64,000 nt of DNA from Octopus vulgaris (taxonomy: Eukaryota), in NCBI GenBank assembly GCA_951406725.2, contig OX597820.1:98022001-98086000 (forward strand), written 5' to 3'. The translations under genes were made by a program, and so were the position numbers. The notes beneath the pieces were generated by a model, which worked only from the letters and a program-made list of their open reading frames with translations, made no database searches and had not been told where the DNA came from. The first letter of the stretch is position 1; every line of letters begins with the position of its first letter. Shown one piece after another: positions 13,776-28,183 of this stretch.

Positions 13776-14549
13776 TGCTTGGGCCGAAAGTAACCAGAGA
13801 CATACAGCCTAAAGGAAGCACCCGAAATGGCCGAAATGTCTCTCCACACCAGACATTGACATGAAACTAGAATGTTTCAGGTCTTCTGTGTATCATACAC
13901 ATTAATACATTAGATGAGAAATTACGATAAACAAATTTATATTTTCTTCACATGGTTGTTTACATTTATATATATACACCCATACAGATATGTATGTGTA
14001 CATATACAAGTATTTTTGTTTATATAAATAAAAATATATACATAGAGCGCTGACACAAAGACACGAGCATACATGTACACTTATATACATAAACATACAT
14101 ACATATAAATACATACAAACATACATGCATATACACGCTTCACACGAATGCACAAATCAGCATGATACTGTGTGACAAGGCTGTATGGTAGCCCTTCGTA
14201 TCCTGTCGGATGGATTGCTCAAACCCGACAGATCTGTAGTTAAACGAGAGCGTCAAACGCACCGCCATAACGACTGGCATAGTAAATTATGAGTGTATTT
14301 TACATTATAGAAAACAGATAACGAGTCTACGGTACAGCTTCTATGTGGTTTATGGGATGCAAGAAATAACAGTCAAATTCCCTTATGCACTATCCTCTTA
14401 ATGCAGGAAGGACATGCTGGACAATATAGTTCGGGGATCTGTAGGGATGAGATAGTGATAACTGAAATATCTCTGATAATAGGTTTCGCTTGATTCAAGA
14501 TGGCTATAGAATAAACATCATCAACATGCTTCTTCTCATCTTCCCTCTC

Positions 14550-14747
14550 CACGCCCCTCCTCCTCGTCTACCTTCTCCTCCTCGTCTTCCTCCTCCTCCT
14601 CGTCTTCCTCCCCTCCTTGTATTCCTCCCCCTCCTCCCCTCTTCTCTTTCTCGCTCGTCTTCCTCTTCTCCCTGCTTCATCTGCCTCCTCCTTCTCACCA
14701 CCACCACCACCGCCGCCGTCGTCGTCGTCATCATCATCACCACCACC

Positions 14748-14820
<73 letters not shown>

Positions 14821-14845
14821 AAACAACAACGACAACAACAACAGC
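14550..14845. repeat. Compound trinucleotide tract (CCT, CAC, CGC, CGT, CAT, CAG, CAA)
   Basis: Read directly from the sequence. Confidence 0.9.
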
Positions 14846-15156
14846 AACCGGAAAAGCAAACGCTTTAAGGAAGTCTGCACTGGAAATAGCGCAAGTGAAC
14901 TTTTTTAATATGGCGTCGTGACACGGATTGAGAGAAATGTTTGAGCTCTGATTACAGGTCTAGACTCTTTGTGGATGTATCTTAAGAGAAAGCCTTTACA
15001 AAAAGTGGTGAGCTGTGGTTTTATGAGAAAATCTAAAGGATGAGCTTCTTGGTAATTTAAAGGAGGTAGGAAATTATTTCCCTAAGTAATTAGTTTCTAA
15101 AAGGTTCTTCCTTTCAACCCTTCATTACCATATTTTCGCCGGATGAGGAAACTCTC

Positions 15157-15563
15157 TACTCTTTTCTTTTACTTCTTTCAGTCATGTGACTGTGGCCATG
15201 CTGGAGCACCGCCTTTAGTCGAGCAAATTGACCCCAGGACTTGTTCTTTGTAAGCCTAGTATTTATTCTATCGGTCTCTTTTGCCGAACCGCATAGTTAC
15301 GGGGACGTAAACACACCAGCATCGGTTGTCAAGCGATGTTGGTGGGACAAACACAAACACACAAACATATACATACACATACATATATATACATATATAC
15401 GACGGGCTTCTTTCAGTTTCCGTCTACCAAATCTACTCACAAGGCTTTGGTAGGCCCGAGGCTATAGTAGAAGACACTTGTCCAAGTTGCCACGCAGTGG
15501 GACTGAACCCGGAACCATGTGGTTCGTAAGCAAGCTACTTACCACACAGTCACTCCTACGCCT
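15157..15563 (-). mobile_element. tRNA-derived SINE family 1, full length
   Basis: Close match to 1338-1740. Confidence 0.9.
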
Positions 15564-15593
15564 ATAAACTGTTCATTTTTTATATAAAGTCTA

Positions 15594-15802
15594 AGGTGTC
15601 AAGCTGGCAGAATCGTTACCACACCGGGTAAAATGCTTAGTGGCATTTTGTCCATCTTTACATTCCAAGGTCAAATTCCGCTGTGATCGACTTTGCCTTT
15701 CATCTCTTTCGGGGTTGATAAAATAAGTACCAGCTGAGCACTGAGGTCAATATAATCGACTTACCTACTTCATTGAAATAGCTTGCCTTGTGCCAAAATT
15801 TG

Positions 15803-15804
<2 letters not shown>
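15594..15804 (+). mobile_element. SINE family 2, tail variant C
   Basis: AAGGTGTCAAGCTGGCAGAATCG head, family-2 core, and a tail GCCTTGTGCCAAAATTTGAAA shared with 62225-62440. Confidence 0.75.
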
Positions 15805-17152
<1,348 letters not shown>

Positions 17153-17182
<30 letters not shown>

Positions 17183-17184
17183 CA

Positions 17185-17278
<94 letters not shown>

Positions 17279-17302
17279 CATCATCATCATCATCATCATC
17301 AT
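17153..17302. repeat. (TTA)n/(TCA)n microsatellite
   Basis: Read directly from the sequence. Confidence 0.95.
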
Positions 17303-17785
17303 TATATGTTTTACTTTTGCTTTGTATCTGTACAAGTTGACTTCAAGTTTTACCCAGAGAAAAGGTAGAAGTTCAAGTTGGTGTTATGACTAGGGTGCCA
17401 TATATTCGGTTTTACTCCACGTATTGTTCTAGAGAATGTTTAAGAAAACACAAGAAATCATAATTTTCTTTTAAAATTTGAGGTTACATAGACAATATTT
17501 TACGTAGGATATGAGTAGTTCCAACGAGCATTATTTTTTGAATTTCTGCCATTTTGGGATTTCCTGCTATTGAAGCTAGGTAGCAATCATCCCCATTTGC
17601 TATCATTCCTAATGCACCTATGACAACAAGTATTGTTTTATTCTTGAGGTTCCACATGTTGCCAATTTCTATTTCAAAATCTTTATACTTGCTCAGTTTT
17701 TGGTAGGTCTTGACAGATACATTTATGTCGATTGGGCCAGTCATATCGATGAGGAGGCATGATTTTTGTCTGAAGGCCTTCAATA
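17303..17785 (-). mobile_element. Second Dong/R4-type 3' fragment (different subfamily)
   Basis: CLLIDMT.PID.NVSVK..QKLSKYKDFEIE..MWNLK...VVIGALG...IQKI.L.GTTHILRKILSM*, with a different 3' UTR. Confidence 0.85.
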
Positions 17786-17809
17786 TTATTATTATTAGTA
17801 TTGTTGTTA

Positions 17810-18140
17810 TTTTGAATTTTATTCTGCATGTGTCTTACAGTCATTTGCTGGAGCACACCTAGCGTCCTGCGGTGAGTGAAGAATAAGAGATATTACAATA
17901 TGACTGAAAGCATGGGAGATGAGGTAGTGAAATATCTTCATGTAACACAATACAGACATTTAAATGGATAGGGTTTTTAAAGATGTGTGCAGTACAATAT
18001 TTTGGATTTCTCTGAGACTTGGTTCACCTGGGATCTTATCTAGCTATTTCTGACATCCCCTTTTTTTTTTATCATACCTAGGGCTCCTACAATAATAGGA
18101 ATAGTTCTCGTTTTTAAGATGCCACATCTTTTAGCCTGGA
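17810..18140 (-). mobile_element. Third, more decayed Dong/R4-type 3' fragment
   Basis: Minus-strand TIPIIVGALGMIKK...KIPGEPSLREIQNIVL...HIL, with stops and frameshifts. Confidence 0.7.
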
Positions 18141-18143
18141 TCG

Positions 18144-18248
18144 TTCTTCTTCTTCTTCTTCTTCTTCTTCTTCTTCTTCTTCTTCTTCTTCTTCTTCTTC
18201 TTCTTCTTCTTCTTCTTCTTCTTCTTCTTCTTCTTCTTCTTCTTCTTC
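18144..18248. repeat. (TTC)n microsatellite
   Basis: Read directly from the sequence. Confidence 0.95.
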
Positions 18249-18351
18249 AGAGTATAAATTTGTAGAATATATTTGTCTTGGCGACGACATTTCAACAAAA
18301 AACGTCATATAGAAAATGTTTTTTTACCGATAATGAAATATATATATGTAC

Positions 18352-18391
<40 letters not shown>

Positions 18392-19111
18392 TATGAACAA
18401 TAAGAGCTTGAAAGCCGGTGTAATTCACATTCCATGCTGAAATAACTACTAGTGGTGGTGATGTATATGAACAACTAAAACACGGAAGGCGGTGTCCCAG
18501 GGTGGCCGCAGTACAATGACTGAGACCAGTAAAAGAATAAAAATCTTAAAGGCGGAATGTACAGTGAAAGCTGAGTTATGACGGCTAAACAGGCAAGTTG
18601 TACAGAAAACTTAAATAACGTCTTGTTTCTTGAAATGAATATGTAAAAGGCAGCATTCTTCCCAGCTGCTTTTCTTATCTTTCAAAATAATATAATACCT
18701 TATAGCTTGACATATTTCTCCATGTAGCTGAAGTAGACCATTATGACATTTGTCTTTTTGGGGTTCAGTGCAACAATTATTATTGTTGTATTTTACAGGA
18801 GATAAAGTAGAAACGTTATAGGATGTAGATTTGGTCGTCATAGGGTAGAGAGATCCCGTCCGAACGTAGGGTCAAAAATGTATTACTTTCACTAGCGTAA
18901 TTATCTCTCAAGGACTCAGTTAGCCTAGCTATAAATAGATGTTGTGTCTACTTGCATATTATCGCAATGGCCAGTGTCATGATGTCTCGTTATAAATAGT
19001 TTCTTTGCATTTATGACGCATATGGCTGCACATTTCAAGAGAGTGTAGATATTCAAATATTGGATAAACATAAGACAGAATTGTCCTATGAGCAATAATG
19101 CCATTCGCATA

Positions 19112-19497
19112 AGGCGGTGAGCTGGCAGAAAAGTTATCACGCCGGGCGAAATGTTTCATCTGCCGTTACGTTCTGAGTTCAAATTCCGCCAAAGTCGACT
19201 TTGCCTTTCATCCTTTCGGGGTCGATAAATTAAGTACCAGTTACCCACTGGAGTCGATATAATCGACTTAATCCGTTTGTCTGTCCTTGTTTGTCCCCTC
19301 TGTGTTTAGCCCCTTATAGGTAGTAAAGAAATAGGTATTTAGTCTGTCCTTACGTTCTGAATTCAAATTCTGTCAAGTTCGACTTTGCCTTTTATCCTTT
19401 CGGGGTTTGTAAATAAGTACCAGTTGTGTACTGGGGGTCGATGTAATCGACTGGCCCGCTACTCAAAATTTCGGGCCTTGTATCTAAAGTAGAAAAG
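19112..19497 (+). mobile_element. Dimeric SINE family 2 (tail A unit + tail B unit)
   Basis: Two cores head-to-tail. Flanked by AATGCCATTCGCATA (19097-19111) and AATGCCGTTCGTATA (19498-19512). Confidence 0.85.
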
Positions 19498-19689
19498 AAT
19501 GCCGTTCGTATACTGCAGTAGCTTATAAACGAAAGCGAGTATTTTATTCGCTTCAAGCCGTTGATTTAAATGGAAAAAAAAAAAAAGCAAACAACGAGCG
19601 CCTGACATGTGTATATTCAGAAAGGGAGGTCACCTGGCCACCCCCAACAACTAGACATACAGAAGACTATATAAGTTTACATTATTTAG

Positions 19690-20060
19690 TATCTACTTTA
19701 AATGATGCCTTTGCCATCTCTGAAGCAGGCGGAGCTCATACAACAGAGATCAATCGAGTCCTTTCCGCCTTGAAATCCCTACCCGCGAAAAAATTACAAA
19801 AAGAAAGAAAAAACTATAGCTGATTGTATAACACTGCAATGATTTAGCTGTGTGCTGATTTGGGATGACAGCAGACACGATGAACCTAGACTTTCAAATG
19901 GCTTGATATGAGGATATTGTAGGAGATGTAACGTAAATACCGAGCGTAGATGGCAATAATTGAGCCAGCTACTTGTGTTATTACGTTAAGCAGTAATATG
20001 GACAGTTCAATGAAGCTAATGTGGAGAAACGAGGTCAACAAAATAGAGATCATTGCAAAG
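19690..20060 (+). pseudogene. Possible very decayed Mutator-like transposase fragment
   Basis: AGG..TEINRVLSAL...NYKKKEKTIA, then SVDG and N.DSSMKLM pieces in the order seen in Mutator-like domains. Weak, by-eye resemblance only. Confidence 0.25.
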
Positions 20061-20112
20061 GGAGAGAAATCAGGAATAAGTGGAGGATGAAACAGATGTA
20101 CGGAATAGTTAT

Positions 20113-20336
20113 AGGTGCAGACTTAGCTGTGTGGTAAGAAGTTTACTTTCCAGCCACATGGGTCTGGGTTCAGTCCCACTGCGTGCCATCTTGGAGACTT
20201 CAACTTTAGTGTCAGGCCAACTGTAGTTGTTATTTATTATAAAGAACCCAGTTCCGTTATTGGTATTGTAATTCTGTGAATAGATTTGGTAAACGGAAAC
20301 TGAAGGAAGCCTCACATATATATGTGTGTGCGCGTG

Positions 20337-20369
<33 letters not shown>

Positions 20370-20587
20370 TTGTGCGAGTGTATGTTTGTGTGCGTTTGTG
20401 TCTGCCCACCACCAGCAGCACCACCACCACCGCTTGATGACTGGTATTGGTGTGTCTACGTCCCCGTAACTTGGCGGTTCGGCAAAAAACGCCGATATGA
20501 TAAGTATCAAGCTTAAAATATAAGCACTGGGGTCGATTCATTCGACTAGAATTCTTCAAGGCTCGCATAGCTGAAACAAGTGAAAGG
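20113..20587 (+). mobile_element. Diverged SINE family 1
   Basis: Head GCTGTGTGGTAAG..GGGTTCAGTCCCACTGCG, internal microsatellite, GCGGTTCGGCAAAA and a CTGAAACAAG tail. Confidence 0.75.
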
Positions 20588-21300
20588 TAGAACGATATGA
20601 AAGCGAGAATACGTGAAATATTTAGCTTTGGAAGTAGTAAGAACAATGGCTGTTGTTGTGGTGGTGGTGTTGGTGGTGGTTTTGATGGTGGTGGTGGTGG
20701 TGGTGATGAGGATAATGATGGGGAGGAGGAGGAGGAAGACGATGATTACGTCGATGACCACGACGATGGTGACATTGATGATGATACTTTGTGCATCGAG
20801 TTGTTCGGCCGTATGAATTATGTACGTTTTGAACTATCTGCGTACTCCGCGGACATATGTACCATGAACATAATTTCCCAGAACAATCTGCTTGAAATGT
20901 AAACGACAAGGTGCTTTAATTACAGTTGCAGTCGGCCCGACATGCTTCCGCTGCTTCCATTTCTACTTAAATTCACTTAGAAGGTTTGGAAAAGAATTTT
21001 CGTTTGCTTGTCGAAGAACATAAGAGATCAATGTTGAATGGAAGCAAAGCAAAGCTTTTCTCAGAAAATTCAAACATCTTATTGCCGGGACTTTTAGACG
21101 AGCCAACGGCAGAGAACTATACCTAAATACTGCTAGTAATGAAAGCGCCTAGCATCGTAATTTTGAAATATCTATAAAACCGTCAAAAGCTTGTTTAAAA
21201 ATTTTTTTATTTATTTATTATTAGTATTGCTTAATGCATTTTGATAAAATTGTTATTTATTTTCAGATATCATCAGAAAAGGTAATTAAAATTCATTAAA

Positions 21301-21680
21301 ATGACAGATCTATCGGACTTTCAAAGAGGTCAAATTGTTGGTGCTCGTATGACAGGCGCTAGCGTATCGAAAACAGTCGAAATGTTTGGTCTATCAAGAA
21401 GTACTATCTCGAAAGTAATGACAGCCTTTAAGAAAGGGGGAAAACCACCTTGTCGAAACAAAACTCCGGAAGTAAACCAAAATTTTCAGATAGGGACCGT
21501 CGGATTCTTACGCGAATTGTTAGAAAGGATCACAAAAGTACAGCTCCCAAAATTGCTGCCGAGCTTAATGACCACCCCGAGAACCCAGTTTCCACAAAAA
21601 CTGTTCGCCGGGAGCTTCACAAAGCCGGATTTCACGGGAGGGCCACAAAAACCCCCGCTACTTTCAAAAACAAACACTCA
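21301..21680 (+). pseudogene. Tc1-like transposase, N-terminal DNA-binding region (frameshifted, truncated)
   Basis: MTDLSDFQRGQIVGAR..ASVSKT..., then SG.KPKFSDRDRRIL.RIV...TAPKIAAELN...VSTKTVRRELHKAGFHGR..KKPLLS. Confidence 0.9.
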
Positions 21681-23692
21681 GCAAGCTCATCAAAAGACTT
21701 AATAACAAAAATCAATCAATTAAAATGCATCCACATTCAACAGCAATGAAAGGCTGGGGTTGGAAAAACTTCAACTGCAAACCAACATGAAAAACTCCAT
21801 TGAAAATCAAAGAGCTGCAGAGGAACAGTGGGTAATAAAAAAAAATCAAACAGAACACAAAAGTGTTCTATTCATATGCAAATAAGCGTAGGACCGCTGT
21901 CTCACCCATTGATCCATTGATCGATCTTAACAGAATTCTCCAACACGATGCTAAAGAAATGGCTGAAGTACTGCAGAAACAATACTGCTCTGTCTTTAGT
22001 GATCCCATTGATATTGACGTAAGGGATGTGAATGAAGTCGATTCCCAACACATAATCTCGGACATAACCTTTACTGCTTCAGTCATCATAGCAGCAATAA
22101 AAAAGATCAAATACTTTTCTGCTGTAGGCCCTGATAGATTCCTCGCTAGTCTGCTGAAGGAATGTAGACATCAACTCGCAGTCATTCTGACCAACCCCTG
22201 GAGAAATTCTTTAGACTCAGGTTATATACCGAAACAGCTCTTATCCCGGTTTTCAAACAGGGAATCAGATCCCTCGCAGTCCACTATCGGCCAATCTCAC
22301 TCACCCTTCATATTATTAAAGTGTTTGAAAGGGTGGTAAGATTAAGGATAGCTGGCTTCCTGGAAAGTCACAATCTCCTAAATTCAAACCAGTATGGATT
22401 TTGCTTCGGCAGGGACTGTATATCACAGTTCTTACACCACATCGACAATATCCTTAAAGCCTTGGGAATAAGTTCGAACTCTGATGTCATATATCTTGGA
22501 TTCAGTAAAACTTTCAACAGAGTTAACTATAATATTCTATTGTCAAACTTGTCAGATGTTGGAATCCGTGGGAAACCTCTACACAGGATTGAGTATTTCC
22601 TGAAGAACAGGACACAACATGCTGTGATCGGTGGCATCCTCTCAGGTCCTGCAAAGACATCAGTGTTCTTGGGCCCGCTCCTCTGTCTTGGGTCCGTTCC
22701 TTTTTATAATCTATATAAACGACCTTTCCAGCGTCATAAAACACAGCAAAGTGAAAATATTCACTGATGACTCTAACCTCCAGAAAATTATCAATGAAGA
22801 AGACTGAACTCAACTCCAGTCTGATCTACATGATGTGAGTCAATAGGCAGACACACAAAATGTTACTAAATGAGGAAAAATTTGAGCTGATGCATTTTGG
22901 AAAAAAGATTATGCTAAATCAGTCATACCCTCTTCCTTCACGGAAACCTCTAACAGCATCTAATAATATCAGAGACCTAGGAGTAATTGTTGATCACAAT
23001 CTAAGTTGGAGTGCCCACATCAACAATAATGTCGATATAGCTTGTAGGTTGGCCTCCTGGATCGGCAGAACCTTGCGGTCCAGAGAACAAGGCGTCATCA
23101 TTCCACTCTTCCCCTCCTTTGTACAGCCGCACCCCGAATACTAATGCCCCCTGTGATCTCCCCATAAAAAACAAAACATCTCGAAAATTAAATCATCCCA
23201 GATGTCATTCACTAAAAGAATTAAGTGCCTGACCGATCTCGATTATTGGGACTTCCATAAAGCATTGAAACTCTATTCTCTCCAGAGCCGCCGTGAGCGA
23301 TACATCATTTGCACGATGTGGAGAATATACCACAAGCATTGCCCAAACGACCTCAACATTATCTTCAAAATTCATCCAAGGCTACCCAATTCCGGATTAT
23401 AACATGCACTGCAACACAGTTTCTTTTCCGCAACAGATTCAGCCCTATTTAATATTGTCACCAAACAGATCAAAGAGGAAAAGGATCCCATTACGTTTAA
23501 ACGGAATCTGGACAAATTTCTTCAACGAATACTAGATAAGCCACATAAACCTGGATACAACTCACTCAACAAGAACTCCCTACACGAATGGACCATGATA
23601 CCACAAAACTTGACTTAAAAAGGATTTAGATAATCCTATTAGTTGATGCTATTAAGTTAGACACGGCCCGAACCAATCTTTGATCGAGACAT
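21681..23692 (+). pseudogene. 5'-truncated CR1-group LINE, reverse transcriptase and 3' end (multiple frameshifts)
   Basis: KVFYSY, GPD, YRPISLT, QYGF, VIYLGFSKTF, SVLGP, IFTDD, RDLGVIVD, LYSLQ.RRERY and LDKFL motifs in order. Confidence 0.92.
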
Positions 23693-23949
23693 ATATAATT
23701 TTAATTTCCTATCTCTCTCTCTCTCCCCCTCTCTCTCTATCTGTATATATATATATGCATACATATCTGTGTGTGTGTGTGATATACACACATATGCATG
23801 TAGCTATATATATATTCATTTATATTCTATTTGGGCATGTCATGATAGCCATTTAATCGTATGAGTGCAAGCGTAGCGTACACGTGTATTTAAATAAACC
23901 ATACATACGTAATATGTCGGGCACACAGACATGCGTTATAGGTTTCTGT

Positions 23950-24545
<596 letters not shown>

Positions 24546-26305
24546 CATACAAACAGTAGATATGTTCAATTTCGTATTTTCTGTATCCTAAACTGTTTCT
24601 GTCATGGGAAACTTGCGGCCCAATGCCACAAAACAGAAAAAAAGAAAGGCAGAGAAGAAAAGAGAAAATATAGAATGAAAAAAGAGTAGAATAGTAAAAA
24701 AGCACCAAAAACATACCAAAATGAGTTGGCCCACCCTGAACCGGCTTGCCAATAACAACAGATCACGCACCCCACCATTGAACATAGGACTTCACTGTTC
24801 TGACATTAGAGTTGACAGCTGGGAATAGAGGCAGATTAAATTTTGTTTGAGTCGATTTCAAATGACTGTTTATTTTTCTTGTTATTAATATTAATATTAT
24901 TCCCTGTGTTAGGGCGGTAGAATAAGAGGAAAAAATATAAAGAAAACGTGGAAGCGCCGGACTAAATGATGCCTTTTAGTATTCAGTTTCGTTCATGCGT
25001 GTTCTAAGATGAGGTTACGCCACGCTCGCCTTTTACTCTCGTTCCTACACGGTCAATAAAATAGACACAAAGAATATGTTGAGGTTTGACCCGGTAGGTT
25101 ATATCTTTCGATTGCGCAACTTGACATTATGTATTTGTAAGATAACAAAAGATGGTTGCTGCTTAGATGTAGGTCAGCTCTAACTAAAGTGTCCGTGTCC
25201 TGGCCAATTTATCTTTCATTCGATTGCAGACTATCTAGGATCATATTATTCAAAGTATTCGTCAGTTTTAAGATGAAACTTATTTCTGGGAAGTTGAGAG
25301 ACCACAAAGAGTTTCCTACTTTTTAGTAACACCAGTTCAACCCAGAATCATCCTTCCATTTGAGATCATTTCGTCTTTAGATTAACTCAATTTAGATGTA
25401 CATATAGCAACGTGTTTATATTTTACATCTTGTATCCATAAGATATAACATCCTTTGTTATGATATTATAGCGTCTATTATTATGATGTTATAGCGTCCG
25501 TCATTTTAACCGATGTCTATTGCTGAAATAGTAAATTGATTGTTTATTGTTTAACTCACGATCAGTTCCGAGCTAAAAGGTTGTTGATGAAATATATGAA
25601 TAATAACCTTCATCATAGAGCGAATGTGTCTTTCACTGTTAAAACAGAAGGAAACGATTTGAGGGTGAGTTAACGGTTATTTCTAGCAAGATGATCAACC
25701 GCGTAGACTCTTCCTTCAATAAGTTCTGAATATGGATTGAACCAGAAATCGAAACCGCGTCGAAAAAACCGCATATCGGTAGATCGTAGCTTCACATAGA
25801 TCGCTAGAAACATTGATCTCAGCTGACGGAAAGAGAAAATAAAACAAGATCACACCCAGAATAATTAAATTTAACCGAGGAAGAAGTGGCCGGAAGCAAA
25901 GTTAAAAAATTCCAGACCATCCCCCAACACCTCGAAAAATCGCTGGAAATCCTGTGGCGATTATAATGTTCCGTACGTAAGACGAAACTACCTAATCAGC
26001 AACAATTGAAACCCTTGTAATAACATTGAAATACACGCTACTGTTACTAAATACTCCATTTCTTCCCTCTCCAAAATAATAAATAAAGCATAAAAAAGAA
26101 AGTCAAATAGAAATCAAAATAACCAGCAATTAAACAGTAATGATAAAAATCAGTCTTTATATTGAAAATATAAACAACATGTACGATTCTTATTTTTCTT
26201 TTTCAAATTTCTTCCAGTTCACATCGTGAAAGTCAGCGATATTTACACTTTTGGAGAAATTGGTCCCTCACTGGATAAACCACAATATTTTCCCACGCGA
26301 GTGGT

Positions 26306-26308
<3 letters not shown>

Positions 26309-26337
<29 letters not shown>

Positions 26338-26620
26338 TGTATGTATGTATGTATGTATGTATGTATGTATGTATGTATGTATGCATGTATGTATGTATGT
26401 ATGCATGTATGCATGCATGTATGTATGCATGTATGTATGTATGTATGTATGCATGTATGCATGTATGTATGTATGTATGCATGTATGTATGTATGTATGT
26501 ATGCATGTATGTATGTATGCATGTATGTATGTATGTATGTATATCTGTATGTATCTCTCTCTCTCTCTCGCTCTCTCTCTCTCTATCTCTCTATCTATCT
26601 ATCTCTCTATCTATCTATAT
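26309..26620. repeat. (ATGT/ATGC)n-(CT)n-(CTAT)n compound microsatellite
   Basis: Read directly from the sequence. Confidence 0.95.
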
Positions 26621-26703
26621 AACGAAGTAAAACCTGTTGGCTAAAATATAAATAAACCTACAAGCTTTATTTAGTTCGCTTAGAGTTGAATCTTTTAAGT
26701 ACA

Positions 26704-26748
26704 TCCCATCGACAAGAGTCAATAAACTCGAAACATCGATGTCTGAGA
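26704..26748 (+). ncRNA. Minimal type I hammerhead-like motif, mutated core
   Basis: TCCCA-TCGACAA-GAGT caataa ACTC-GAA-ACATCGATGT-C-TGAGA. Helix II is 4 bp, helix III is a 10-bp palindrome and the site is GUC, but the core deviates from CUGANGA at three positions. Confidence 0.6.
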
Positions 26749-27145
26749 CTCCCAAGAGATGGCGACACTGAACGAACTAGGTGATTTCACACCTTTTTAC
26801 CATAAAAGAGATTTCTTCACGGTAACTGCAGTGTATTTGCCTTTAGCAGTTGAGATATGTAGCAAACATATTTCAACTAACCTAAATTGTGATTATATAT
26901 AGTAGAAATATGTTACAAAAAGAAAATATAAAATACACATGGAAATGTAAGGGTAAAATATGAAAAATCAACGAAAATGCACATTGCAAATAGAAAAAAG
27001 GTTATTTATGACAGGTAACGACAAATATATACATTTAGATTGACTGAGGTAGTAATAAGAGTCATAAAAGTCATTATTATGAGATGATTATAAGATGATA
27101 ATAAAGTAAGAGAACAAAACGGACCATGGTTTACGCAAAGCTATT

Positions 27146-27218
<73 letters not shown>

Positions 27219-27221
<3 letters not shown>

Positions 27222-27438
27222 GTATTTAGGAATGGTCATTTTGCCAGTTCAGCCAGTAAAAACACACGCATAATATATTTGGTGTTACTTTGCTTCAGCG
27301 TTATATATATTTTACTTTTTTACATTTTAATCATATTTCGACCAGAGTTCTTTCGTCACACTCCTGTAACCTCATCAGTGGTTCCTTTGCTTTCTTCTTT
27401 CTTATTTGTGTGTCTCTCCTTACTAACGGTCAGCCATT

Positions 27439-27439
<1 letters not shown>
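27219..27439 (-). mobile_element. ~220-bp hammerhead-bearing non-coding element inserted in (TA)n (family D)
   Basis: Flanked on both sides by (TA)n. The terminus GTTGTATTTAGGAATGGTCATTTT is shared with 29884 and (inverted) 30240-30263. Confidence 0.7.
27341..27382 (-). ncRNA. Minimal type I hammerhead ribozyme, intact core
   Basis: Minus strand ACCA-CUGAUGA-G-GUUACA ggag UGUGAC-GAA-AG aa CU-C-UGGU. Helix I is 4 bp, helix II 6 bp, helix III 2 bp; the site is CUC. Confidence 0.75.
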
Positions 27440-27489
<50 letters not shown>

Positions 27490-28077
27490 GTAGTCTGTTG
27501 TAGTATCTCAACCGATCAACATTTAGTCTCCCTAAATTCAATATCTTCAAAAGGCAACCTTTTATTATATATGTTTTGTAATTTGTACTTAGTATAAATT
27601 GAAACAATTGAAGGCAATGTTAATTAATTAATAAATAAAGTTAAAGAAGTGATTTTAAATTCCCAGGCGCAGGATAATGCTACTGAACAGGATAAGCTAT
27701 CCCTATTTTGCAGAACATGTGTTGGCGGCGATTGATTTATATCTATTAAATCTTTCCCTTTACTTATTATATAATATATATATCTATATATAAATATATG
27801 TATACATATATATATATATATATATGTATGTATATATTTAAGTGTATGTTTGTGACTTTGTTTCTGCGTTTCACCCTCATCACTGCTTCACAACTGCTGT
27901 TCGTTTATTTACATCCTCATTACTTACTGGTTTCACAAGAAACTAATAGAATAAGTTCCAGGCATATCAACAAGCACTATGCTGTGTCTCATATTTTTGT
28001 TTGCCCATTCAGTTGTATCTATCAATTTATCTTTGTGTGTGTATATATATATATATGTATATATATATACATATAAT

Positions 28078-28155
<78 letters not shown>

Positions 28156-28183
28156 ATACATGCATGTATGTATATGTGTACAT

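Noticed and set aside
22764-22770. CTGATGA
   Set aside because: It encodes the FTDD (FADD-like) RT motif of the CR1 relic and has no ribozyme helices.
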